Shown here piece after piece: positions 1 to 10,428 of a stretch of 32,515 nt of DNA. Below the pieces are notes generated by a model, which did no database searches, was not told where the DNA came from, and worked only from the letters and a program-made list of their open reading frames with translations. The stretch lies in NCBI RefSeq assembly GCF_001194135.2, contig NC_068981.1:147643935-147676449 (forward strand), read 5' to 3'. The position numbers were made by a program, and so were the translations under genes. Numbering within the stretch: position 1 is the stretch's first letter; each line of letters begins with the position of its first letter. This stretch comes from Octopus bimaculoides. Its lineage: Eukaryota.

Positions 1-257
1 GGACTGGCTTGTGCGGGTGGCACATAAAAGACACCATTTCGAGCGTGGCCGTTTTCGTGCGGGTGACACGTAAAAGCACCCACTACACTCTCTGAGTGGT
101 TGGCGTTAGGAAGGGCATCCAGCTGTAGAAACTCTGCCAAATCAGACTGGAGCCTGGTGTTGCCATCCGGTTTCACCAGTCCTCAGTCAAATCGTCCAAC
201 CCATGCTAGCATGGAAAGCGGACGTTAAACGATGATGATGATGATGATGATGATGAT
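1..257 (+). mobile_element. SINE family A (body ...GGAAGGGCATCCAGCTGTAGAAAC..., tail CCATGCTAGCATGGAAAGCGGACGTTAAAC(GAT)n), cut by window start
   Basis: Close reverse-complement copies at 19101-19395 and 20960-21185; (GAT)n tail 232-257. Confidence 0.9.
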
Positions 258-468
258 GTAAGTGTGTGTGTGTGTCTTTGTGTTTGTACCCTCATCATTG
301 CTTGACAACTGGTGTTAGTTTGTTTATGCCCCATAACTTAGTGGTTCAACAAGAGAGATGGATAGAATAAATACCAGACTTAAATAAATAAATACTGGGG
401 TCAAGCTGTTTTTGTTAAACCTGTCAAGTCAGTGCCCCAGCATGGTCACAGTCCAACGGTTAGTAGAA
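258..468 (+). mobile_element. SINE family C, 3' half
   Basis: (TG)n then ...CCCAGCATGGTCACAGTCCAA, matching copies at 1277-1749 (-) and 31140-31413 (+). Confidence 0.8.
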
Positions 469-619
469 AAGTTATGGGAAAAGAAAAATTGAAGTGATTT
501 TTCTAAAGATAATCAATTCTTCCTTCCATGCTACAAAATTTTTCTTCCCTCATTAGTTATTGTGACTGCTTCTTTTGCTAGAAACAGCACTTAAATCTTT
601 TTTTAATTTACTCTCAATG

Positions 620-825
620 AAGGCAGTGGCTGGCAGAATGGTTAGCATGCCAGGCAAAATACTTAGTGGCATTTTGTCCATCTTTATGCTCTGAACTCAA
701 GTGCTGCAGGGGTTGACTTTGCCTCTCATCCTTTCAGGGTTGATAAAATAAAGTACCAGTTGAATGAATCGATGTAATCGACTTATCTCTTCCCCAAATT
801 GCTGGCCTTGTGCCAAAATTTGAAA
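620..825 (+). mobile_element. SINE family B (tRNA-like head GCTGGCAGAATGGTTAGCA, 3' end TGTGCCAAAATTTGAAA)
   Basis: About ten dispersed homologous copies in this window. Confidence 0.85.
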
Positions 826-851
826 AGGAAGGAGATAAACTAATGTTTTAT

Positions 852-1175
852 CATTTAAGTGTTTCAGTCTGAAGGGTTCAGGTGAACAAATTGACCCAAA
901 AACTTACCTTTAAATCTGGCCCTTATTCTGGTGGATTCTTTTGAAAACTGCTAGGTTATGGGGATGCAAACAAACCAACGTCAGTGAGGACAAACAGTAA
1001 CACACACATAAATACACACATGACAAACTTCCACACAGATTCCATCTCCTAAATTCACATACAACACATTAGTTGATAACCTGGAGCTTTGTCCAAGGTG
1101 TTGCACAGAGAAACTGAACCTGAAATCATGTGAGTGTTAAGCAAACTTCTTAACAACACAGCCATACCTGCACCT
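852..1175 (-). mobile_element. SINE family C, diverged copy
   Basis: Colinear with 1277-1749, ending CAGCCATACCTGCACCT. Confidence 0.75.
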
Positions 1176-1276
1176 AGCCAATTAGATGATTATAGACTGC
1201 CACTAGACCTAACTTGGGGTTAAACAAAAGCTTAATATTTGATATTTCTCTCAATTCAAGCAGTTGTAAAGCTGTA

Positions 1277-1508
1277 TCTTTTATCTTTTACTTGTTTCAG
1301 TCATTAGACTGTGGCCATGCTGGAGTGCAGCCTTGAAGAATTTTTTGTTGAATAAATTGCCCTCATTACTTAATTTCTGTTAAATCTGGTACTTATTCTA
1401 TCAGTCTCTTTGCTGAACTGGTAAGTTACAGAAATGTAAAAACACCAACACTGGTTGTCAATTGGTGGTAGGAGACATACACAGACATAGAGACACACAC
1501 ACACACAA

Positions 1509-1573
<65 letters not shown>

Positions 1574-1749
1574 CACACAAATATATGAAAGGCTTCTTTC
1601 AGTTTCTGTCAATCAAATCCACTCACAAGGCTTTGGTTGGCCTAAGGTTATAGCAGAAGACACTTGCCTAAGGTGCCATGCAGTGGGACTGAACCCAGAA
1701 CCATGCGGTTGGGAAGCAAGCTTCTTACCACACAACCACGCCTGCACCT
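1277..1749 (-). mobile_element. SINE family C, full length, with internal (TA)n/(CA)n
   Basis: tRNA-like head on - strand (GGTGCAGGCGTGGTTGTGTGGTAAGAAG...GGGTTCAGTCCC); internal (TA)n about 1511-1566; multiple copies in window. Confidence 0.9.
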
Positions 1750-2883
1750 GTGTCATTATATAAGTTTCATGATTTGAAGATATCTTCATTTATTTAAAAG
1801 TCACTTACAAGACCACTCCTATTATTGCATTCAAAATGAAATACATTTTCAAAGAGAACAATTTGTTATATTATAAAATGATTATTTTAAAGCCTGTGAT
1901 ATAAAATAACTGTATGCAATTAATCGTGTTTTCTAAATTGAGACAAGAGATTATTTAAGGAAAGTGCGTGACAGAAATATTTCAGGCGTGAAAACAAAGA
2001 GATGATTTTGTTAGTAATTATGAAATGATGGATGTAAAAATTGAGTTCCAAGATCATTGTTATAGAATCATTTAATTGATAAGATAGCTAAAACAATATC
2101 TCTGATGTGCAAACAACTGTCATAAGCTATAAGAATAATAATTTAAATGCTGAGAAAAAGTAAATAACATATTTCTTGACTGAGTGAGCAAGAAATCATT
2201 AATGGCATAAAAGTTGTGTTCTTTTTTTTTACATTTCCAACTTTTATTAGATCAAAGCTTTAGAAGTGTTTCTTTTTTGTATTGTATTTTAGTTTGTTAT
2301 GTACTATTTGAACCCAATTTTGGGGAGTGACTTCACACTCACTAATTTTCATTTGATTATTAAATTCATCACCAGACCAGTCATCATTATCACCACCACC
2401 ACCACCACCATCACCAAGAATTTTTATCTCTAGTGTTTACTACATTAGTTGAAAGAGAGAATATAGCAGAATAGTAAATTTCTATTTTCAAGTCTCCATT
2501 GGCTTTCAGTTTCTGTTACTTCTTCATCTAATTCATATAACCTAGTCTCATTACACATTCAAACCAATATAGTCAACTTCCTTTTATATGACAGTATATA
2601 TACATAATACACAGCCATTTTCTTAGCTCACCTGTACTTACTCACATTCTTAGATTCTCTTTAGAAAAATCTCAGCTCATTTTACTCAGATTTTAGTTAT
2701 CTTCTAACTTTGTTGTTCCTGTTTCTCTATTAAAATGTATCATGATTTTGACACATCCACAGAGAAAAAAACCCCAAAAAACCCCAAAAAACAAACAAAC
2801 ATTTCTTTTCAGCAAGCACAGCACTTTGTTAAACACAGCATCATTTTTGACAGTAGCCAACAAATGCAAACATTGCAATTATT

Positions 2884-2953
2884 TCACAAATTCAGAGCAT
2901 TGGGGCCTGCATAACCAAGTTCAGGAACATCTTCTCTAGTAGCTGTCACACAG
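2884..2953 (-). CDS. Candidate terminal exon, xCVTATREDVPELGYAGPNALNL*, product unknown
   Basis: Acceptor ttatttcag|, 70 nt open to TGA, phase-2 entry matches exon 12271-12346; unique sequence. No homolog recognised. Confidence 0.4.
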
Positions 2954-3049
2954 CTGAAATAATCCCTCAAGCAACATTCATGGGACAATGTATGTTAATG
3001 GACATCTGTTTGTGCTAATATTTACCAATGTTATTATTTTAAACCTCAC

Positions 3050-3127
<78 letters not shown>

Positions 3128-3137
3128 CATTATTATT
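3050..3137. repeat. (ATT)n microsatellite
   Basis: Direct inspection. Confidence 0.98.
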
Positions 3138-3202
3138 CCTGTATGTGTTTCACTGTATATTCTTATCATTTTATGTACATATTTATCATTACAACTTGGA
3201 CA

Positions 3203-3416
3203 AAGCAGCAAGCTGGCAGAACCATTGGTACATTGGACAAAATACTTACAGGGATTTCTTCTGGCTCTTTACATTCTGAGTTCAATTCCTCTTGAAGTCA
3301 ACTTTAACTTTCATCCTTTTTGGAGTTGATCAAATAAATTACAGTCAAGTATCGGAATCAATGAAATCAATTTGCCATTCACCCCAAAACTATGAGCCTT
3401 GAACCAAAATTTGAAA
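3203..3416 (+). mobile_element. SINE family B
   Basis: Colinear with 620-825. Confidence 0.8.
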
Positions 3417-3439
3417 CAATAGTTATCATTATATTTACT

Positions 3440-3611
3440 CCTGTTAGCATCCTGGACAAAATACTTTGTGGCATTTCATCCACCTTTACATTCTGGGTTC
3501 AAATTCTGCTGAGGTTGACTTTGCCCTTCATCCTTTTAGAGTCAATGAAATAAGTACCTGTTGAGCACTGAAGTCAATGTAATTGACTAACCCCTTCCCC
3601 TAAAAAATTGC
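3440..3611 (+). mobile_element. SINE family B, head-truncated
   Basis: Colinear with 620-825. Confidence 0.75.
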
Positions 3612-3677
3612 AAACCATATATCTAGAGCAGAAAGGAAGTATATTGTATAAGTATAACTGTATGTCTATGTCGTCGT

Positions 3678-3687
3678 NNNNNNNNNN
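3678..3687. other. Assembly gap (10 N)
   Basis: N run. Confidence 1.
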
Positions 3688-3704
3688 GTATATTGTATAA
3701 GTAT

Positions 3705-3806
3705 GTCGTCGTCGTCGCCGTCGTCGTCGTCGTCTTCGTCGTCGTCGTCGTCGTCGTCGTGGTTGTTGTTGTTGTTGTTGTTGTTGTTGTTATTATTATT
3801 ATTATT
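3705..3806. repeat. Compound microsatellite (GTC)n-(GTT)n-(ATT)n
   Basis: Direct inspection. Confidence 0.95.
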
Positions 3807-4020
3807 AAGGTGGTGAGCTGGCTGAATTGTTAACATGCCAGGCAAAATGTTTAGTGATGTTTCATTCATCTTCATGTTCTGAGTTCAAATTCCACTGAGG
3901 TCGACTTTGCCTTTCATCCTTTTGGGGTTGATAAATTAAGTACCAGTCAAGTACTGGATTGATGTGATCAACTATCCCCCTCCCCTCAAATTCCTGGCCT
4001 TGTGCCTATAGTAGAGAGGA
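3807..4020 (+). mobile_element. SINE family B, well preserved
   Basis: AAGGTGGTGAGCTGGCTGAATTGTTAACATGCC...GGTCGACTTTGCCTTTCATCC; colinear with other copies. Confidence 0.9.
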
Positions 4021-4022
4021 TT

Positions 4023-4057
<35 letters not shown>

Positions 4058-4058
4058 T

Positions 4059-4490
4059 GAGTGAGGGAGCAGGGCATGCCATCAGAGTGACACTGAGGTA
4101 AAATATACGAAGCCCATTATACCCATCATGACTACTCGTCTGATAAGGGTACACCAGGCACATGCATCACAACCATATGTGCGCGACATGGTGATCTCAT
4201 ATCAAGATAAACGATGCATGACCTCGCAGGTGGGGCCTAGTTAGAATTTTCTTCAGGTCAAGTAGCCCATCCTGCTCAAAAGGTCCCTGAATAAGGTTTG
4301 TTTAAGGATGTTGAGTAAAACACCCATATGTTTCCAAAGGTGAATTGTTCAAACTCCAAAGAATTCCTCTCAACACATGGCTATGATGCTCCCCCACTAC
4401 TTCTGCTCATGATCAGAGATGCACATATCGTCAGCCACCAAGGGACATGTTCAACTGGTTAAGGTCAAACAACTGACAAGCAAATCTGTG
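4059..4490 (-). mobile_element. About 430 bp non-coding element embedded in (TAA)n, probably a non-autonomous retroelement
   Basis: GC-richer block with sharp edges, flanked by (ATT)n at 4021-4058 and 4492-4517; resembles an octopus repeat from memory; single copy in this window. Confidence 0.65.
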
Positions 4491-4517
4491 GTTATTATTA
4501 ATATTATTATTATTATT

Positions 4518-6740
4518 AAAAAAAGATGTCACACAGTATCCAATATCGTGATGTTGTTGATTGAAGATATTGTGTCTACCAGGGGTTTGTACTGCTTGTC
4601 AAGTCACAACAAGGACCTCAGACATACAGTACTTTATGCAATATGTGTGCAGTTCCAAGAAATGCCGATTTTTGCAATAAACCTGGATTGTAGGGTACTT
4701 CCAGATGTTTCATCAGCTTGGGCGGTATTGAACCCAATACTTGGATATCAATAGGGACAACCTTTATGTTTGATTCTCATAGCTGCTCAGGTCTCCAAAT
4801 TTATCAATCTTTTTCTTTCATGATAATATGTTGATCTCCTGACACTGCCACATCAATTATTAGGCACTCTTGTCTGTCTCTCCTAAAGGTTACAATATCC
4901 GGCTTTCGGTGTTCTAACACCTTGTCTGTTTGGAAGTCAATGTCCCAGAGGATTTTTGCTTTCTTTTTTTCCTCCATTACCTTTTCCAGTGTATGTTGGT
5001 ACCAAACACTCATTACCTCATATCCATACTTCTGGCATAGTAGCCAGTGAAGGTTTTGGGCTACCTTGTCATGTCTGCACTTGTACTCTTTCTGTGCAAG
5101 ACTTTCACAAGCACTAACAATGAGAGTCAATCTTTTTTTTCGACCCTCTTCCCACACATTCTGCAGAGGTTTTTTGCACTTGTGAAAAGGGATATATATA
5201 TCCCTTTTCACTGAGTTGGTAGTCAATGCCTGATCCTAGGCTGCGATGATTAGGCTTTCAGTATTCTTTTTTAGGTCACCCTTGCTGAGCCACTTCCATG
5301 ATGCTTCCTGGTCTTTTAAGTTGTTAGTTTCACAGTGGAACTGACCATGTAATTCCATGTGGAATAAGGTTTTTTCTATCTTATTGGCTGTTCGTGATCA
5401 GAATTCATGAGTGCACTCAAGCCTATTTTTGGTAAATCCTTCTGCATTAGCAGCATACTGTAGCAGGTCTTGTTTGCTGTTTACCAAATATTTTGCCATG
5501 TTTCTTCTTTCACTGTTGATGCACTCCTGTGCACTAATCAGCCCACATCCACCTTTCCCCTCTTCATGTAGAGCCTGTGTACATTTGCCATAGGGTGGAT
5601 GGCACCATGCATTGTCATTGTCTTTCAGTTAATCTCTGCTTGTGTCCATTTCAGGATGGGTGCACTATAACAGACTACAGCAACAGCCCATATGTTGATG
5701 GCAGTCACAAGGTACCTTGAGTTGAGTCTTGATTTCAAGAGAAGTTTGAGGCACTTCAAATATGCAGTAATGACCTTGTCTTTCATTTCTCTGTGCAAGG
5801 TATTGTCCAGCTCCATGATTCCAAGGTACTTGTACTCATCATCATTCAGGTCTTCCATTCTCTCTCCATTGGGCAATTCTATGCCCCTACAATCTGCTCT
5901 TTTCCCTCTTTTCAAAGTGAGCATTGCACACTTTGAGATACCAAATTCCATCCCTTTATCCTTGCTGCACATCTGCATAGTCTCAACCAGCCTTTCCATT
6001 TTAGGCTCTGTTTTTGCGAACAGTTTTAAATCATCCATAAAGTGAAGGTGGTTGAGACGATGTCTGTTCTTTCTCAGCTCATTGTGCTCATTGGCTTTGT
6101 GTAGGACTACAGAAAGTGGGATCAAGGATATAACAAATAACAAAGGTGAACAGGAGTCTCCCTGGAAGATACCTCTTTTGATTGTTACTTCAGCTAAGTA
6201 CTGGTTGTTGCAGAAAGACATGTTTTCCAACTAGGCATGCTGTTCTTAACCAGTGCACACATGTTCTCGGCTATTCCACACATGTGGAGTGTTTCCAAAA
6301 TCTACGTATGTGGCAACATGTTGCAAGCTTTTTAAAAATCTATCCAGGCCATGCACAAGATTTTTGGTACTGCTTACAGTTCTTCATTACAACCTTGTCT
6401 ATCACAAGGTAGTCCTTGGTGCTCTTGGATCTTTTTTGGCATCCCTTTTATTATACTGGAAGTAGATTGTTTTCCACAAGGAATGTATATATTTTCCCTG
6501 CAAGGATGCCTGTTAACACTTTCCATAGGAGGTTAAGACAAGCAATGTGTCAGTAATTGCCAACCTCATTGCTGACCTGAACCATTTGAGCCAGTAGCCT
6601 TGAATTCCATCTGGTCCTGCTGCTTTCCAGTTCGGCAGTCTCGATACCTGTGCAATTACATCTTCTATTGTTATGTGCACATAGTCCTGTCGTGGAGCCT
6701 CCTGGTGATGGAGTTCGGACCTCACAAAATGAATCTGCTC
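4518..6740 (-). mobile_element. R4/Dong-clade non-LTR retrotransposon, 5'-truncated and decayed
   Basis: RT motifs NWKAAGPDGIQGYWLK, IFQGDSCSPLLF, HFMDDLKLF; endonuclease motifs EYKCRHD, KPDI, IIDVA; C-terminus LQKSAFLGTAHILHKVL with stop at 4618-4620; (TAA)n on both flanks. Confidence 0.92.
4618..6725 (-). pseudogene. Disrupted RT plus restriction-like endonuclease ORF of the R4/Dong element
   Basis: Tracked ORFs 6513-6725, 5625-6230 and 4804-5226 are colinear pieces; many stops and frameshifts; an apparent internal deletion near 6560. Confidence 0.9.
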
Positions 6741-6830
6741 ATTATTATTATTATTATTATTATTATCATTATCATCATCATCATGATCATCATCCTCATG
6801 ATCATGATCATGATCATCATCGTCATCATT
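6741..6830. repeat. (ATT)n grading into (ATC)n/(ATG) mixed repeat
   Basis: Direct inspection. Confidence 0.95.
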
Positions 6831-7084
6831 ATTTGATGTGTATTTCTTTCATTGTAACTTGGGCTGCAATCCACTTGTTCTTGTATATGATGCTAATAGA
6901 TTAAACTGAACACTTAACATAAACATTTTATATCCTTGGATTTATACACTACACACAACATTCTCAGCACTATAGACTATACAGTATACACAGCAATGAT
7001 TCAGAAAGCAATGAGCTTTCGTTTTAGTTAATTTCTTTTCTTTATCCTAGGTTACTTTCTCAAGGACACAAGTACAATAAGCCA

Positions 7085-7272
7085 ATAACAGAACCATTAC
7101 GTCATTGCTCACCTTGTTAAAGATCACAGCCAGATCTCTCTTCATCTATACCTTGCTCTTTTTAATTTTTTAAAAATAGAACATATTGGGTGGGATGATC
7201 ATCGCTTGAATAACTTTGATAATAGTTCTGTTTGATCAGAGACAACACAGAGCAAAACAGCAACAGCAACAT
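7085..7272 (+). mobile_element. Dispersed repeat family F, (AAC)n-like tail
   Basis: Diverged homology to 15972-16160 and 18450-18967. Confidence 0.55.
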
Positions 7273-7963
7273 TTTGTGGACTTGTTCATTAAATTCAACA
7301 AGTACTTTAAAAGACCATGTCCACCAAATGTTCTATATCATAAGCAACAACTTGTGTCAATCAATTTTCAAAATTCTTTATGAATTATACTTTACTGAAT
7401 GCATTTTCATTCCTTTCTATCCCCCCCACCCCACCTAGCACTTGATTCTCCTCTTTTTATATTGTTTCTCGTCTTCATATGTCATCAGATCTCAGTACAA
7501 CGACTCATCTCATTTCCTATATCATCAGGCCTCTGAATATGGCATATCAAATGTTATTAATTGATTTTAAACTGAAATTTCTATTTAAAAATATCATTAT
7601 ATCAAGTACCTATAGCCCCAATATTTTAGTTGAGTTACTAGATTGTTATAACTATTATAGTTCAAATAAACAATAGAGTCCAGGCTTTGTATAAATAAGA
7701 CTTGAGAAGCCTTTAATGACATATGACTTAAGAATTCAAACCTCTCTCTCCGCTGCCTTTATTATCTTTCTGTCAGTTTTAATTTGCAATAATTACCTCT
7801 CTGAGATGCTTCATTATGTCTTTAAAGTTAAAAGTTGATATTAGTACCAACATACCAGCAATTGGCAATATACTTCATACTGAATAACACAAATGCTTAA
7901 TTTGGTAACAATCACTGAATTAATCAATTAGATTATTATTTCAAGTTTCTGAAATATTGTTTA

Positions 7964-8234
7964 TAGTGCTGGTGTCACATGAAAAGTACATGTGCTGGTG
8001 TCCCATAAAAAGCACTGGTGCTCATACCATGTAAAAAGCACTTATGCTGGTGCCATATAAAAAGCACACAGAACACTCTGTAAAGTTGTTGGCACTAGAA
8101 AGGGCATTTAACTGCAGAAACCATGCCAAACCAGATAAATGGAGCCTGGTACAGCTCTCTGGTTTGCTAGCTCCTATCAAACTATCCAACCCATGCCAGC
8201 ATAGAAAACAGATATTAAATGAAAATGAAAATAG

Positions 8235-8268
<34 letters not shown>
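7964..8268 (+). mobile_element. SINE family A with internal ~25 bp tandem units (GTGCTGGTGyCAyATAAAAAGCA)
   Basis: Family A tail CCATGCCAGCATAGAAAAC plus (GAT)n. Confidence 0.85.
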
Positions 8269-8299
8269 ATAGTAAATCATTCTTACAAAACTGTTGACT

Positions 8300-8425
8300 G
8301 AGACTGGAAAGAAATTATTGGACATGGCTGTTTGGACACTGATGATTTGGTGAAACTGACCGGACAGTCAACCTGTTTTGGTGATAATACACCTTGGTAC
8401 TGGAGGCAAATACACACACATATAT
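8300..8425. repeat. Dispersed repeat G
   Basis: Diverged direct copy at about 32340-32455 (shared AACCTGTTTTGG and following (CA)n). Confidence 0.5.
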
Positions 8426-8455
8426 ATGCTTGCACAAAAATATATAAATACAGTG

Positions 8456-8488
<33 letters not shown>

Positions 8489-8489
8489 G

Positions 8490-9040
8490 ATAGATATAGG
8501 ACAGGGAATTGTTAATTAACTAATAAATTAATAATTAACAATTTTGCCAAGTAGTTCAGTATGCAAAAAACCTTTATCGGTAAAACATTTATAATTATAA
8601 ATATATAGGGATCAGCAGAAATTGCTTCACCAACATACAGAGAATTTAGAAATAGCAGTTAAAACTACTAATTCTAACTACAATTAAGACTCCAATGGAT
8701 AGCAATATTCATAGCTCACATAGAACAACAGAGGAAAAAATAAACGAAAACAAACCTGCCGTTAGTTAATCATGTACGACGTTTCGTGATTAGAATTTTA
8801 TAAAAATTCATTTCACTCTTCAGCATGATATTCAAATTTTTTAAATCTGAAAATGCTAATAAACCCAGGTACATTTGACCATGCGACATCAAATATCACA
8901 TAAGAAAAATCAGCATCTCTAAATTTATATCAACTAGTAAATTCTGTATCCCTCCTCAAATTACCCCATGTGCGCCACGAATAGTCCTGCAGAAAAAAGA
9001 TTGCAGTTTAATTATTCAGGAGTAGATTATCCATATAGAT
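8490..9040 (-). mobile_element. Penelope-like or retrozyme-like non-coding fragment carrying a hammerhead
   Basis: Contains hammerhead 8769-8829 and abuts (TA)n 8456-8490; boundaries approximate. Confidence 0.55.
8769..8829 (-). ncRNA. Minimal type I hammerhead ribozyme, core intact
   Basis: Minus strand reads ATCATG CTGAAGA GTGA..(GAATTTT tat AAAATTC)..TCAC GAAA CGTC GTA^CATGAT: 6 bp stem I, G-C closed stem II, GUA cleavage triplet. Confidence 0.88.
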
Positions 9041-9044
9041 ACAG

Positions 9045-9128
9045 GGCAGAAACGTTAGCATGCCGGGCAAAATGCTCAGCAGTATTTCATCTGCCGTTAT
9101 GTTCTGAGTTCAAATTCCGCCGAGGTCT
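9045..9128 (+). mobile_element. SINE family B, 5' fragment
   Basis: GGCAGAAACGTTAGCATGCCGGGCAAAATGCTCAGC...TTCCGCCGAGGTC. Confidence 0.8.
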
Positions 9129-10336
9129 CCTTTTAAATTGATTTTGCATTTAGTCCCACTCTGTCCCTGTATTTATAATCTGTCCTACATTTAAATGATC
9201 TTTCTAAGTCTTATTCCAGAGGTTTTGGTTTTATAATTTATGATAATTAGGGACCACACTGATGGACATCAAGCCATGCATATAACTTATCTTTCCTCAC
9301 TAACGAGGAGCTCAAAATATTGCAAAACTAGAATGAAAGAGAGAAGGAAGTTTCAGCACTAGTTTTAGAGTCCACACAGCTTGAATTTGAGTGGTTATGA
9401 GTAAAAATGTCTTGCTTGCATGTGAAACCAATAGTCACAGTGAAAGTATTGTTAATGATAATGGAAATAGCTAAAAAACAACAAAGGATGTTGACTTTGA
9501 TAAAATTTAATTAGGAAGTATGTATACTGAAGTAACAATATTATTCTTTATGATAAAAGGCAGTAATTTAAAACAAATTATTGTGTGGTACACATAATCA
9601 ACATTTTAGTATTAAAAAAATATAAAGTAAAGGTTGGTGGGGAGTTGTGCTACTGTTTTGGGGGACATTACATTTTTGCTATTGAAGAAGGCTTAAAATG
9701 TCAATAATTGATTGATTACATATACATACACTGTACTTCATACTAGCCTCATGATAGTAATTCATATATCTCTTAAATCTATTTCAATTCATCTATATAG
9801 CAGCTTATCAAATTCTAATATAATGTACTTTATTTATGTATTATTCATCAAAGTAACTACTTTTAAATCACAGGATGATTTCTTTATAGTTTGATCTTCA
9901 AAGTGTACATTGTGAACAGCTCTTAGGACTGCTTCTGATGTTCTCTAAACAAGAGAGTATCAAAAATTCTAAAGCTTAACACTTTCAAGATAGCTAGGAC
10001 ACCTATGTCCCATGAGTCTAACCTGAAAAACCTAGAAAGAAATATATCTCACAAAAAGTCATTATATTAATTCAAATTCAGCTTTTATATCTTGTACAAC
10101 TATGGCATCATCTTTTTGCAAGTGCTGACAACAAAGGTAGCCGGAAGCTGTTGTTCTGTTTTTATTCAAGGAGTGTCATGTTAACAATTACTTTATTTAG
10201 TTTATTCAAATAGCTTCATCAGAGCCTTGAGGCTCCAATGAAGAGTGTTATTCATGTACTCAACTATGAGTACACTGCATCTTATATATATATATATATA
10301 TATTATCTGAAATGTACAGTCGTACATATCCATCAT

Positions 10337-10428
10337 GGCTGATCTTACCCATCGGTTTCGTGCAAGGAATACAATGGAGTGTTAGGTAACAATCCAATTA
10401 TATAACCTTATGCTCATCAGAGTTAGCC
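10337..10428 (-). ncRNA. Type I hammerhead ribozyme, core intact, stems I and II mutated
   Basis: Minus strand reads GGCTAACT CTGATGA GCATAAGG...CCTTGCAC GAAA CCGATGG GTA^AGATCAGCC. Confidence 0.72.

Noticed and set aside
1370-1653. ORFs with IY/YI repeats (also at 11393-11607, 12581-12825, 21124-21463, 23303-23641, 23968-24210)
   Set aside because: Translations of (TA)n/(TG)n microsatellites or N gaps
2978-3329. Poly-Ile ORFs (also at 3666-3875, 6600-6904, 24479-24673)
   Set aside because: Translations of (ATT)n/(GAT)n/(GTC)n repeats
4400-4490. Possible HDV-like ribozyme at the 5' end of the TAA-embedded element (GTCAGTT/GGCTGAC could be P1)
   Set aside because: No GG for P1.1, L3 does not fit, and no P2 partner was found
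5411-6536. Plus-strand ORFs 5411-5593, 5692-6045, 6052-6234, 6182-6412, 6253-6465, 6351-6536
   Set aside because: Antisense shadows of the Dong RT frame
7480-7532. Two CTGATGA motifs on the minus strand
   Set aside because: No pairing stem II closing onto GAAA and no stem I
10205-10240. GAGCC-TTGA-GGCTC hairpin next to a minus-strand CTGATGA
   Set aside because: Element order is wrong for a hammerhead and there is no GAAA
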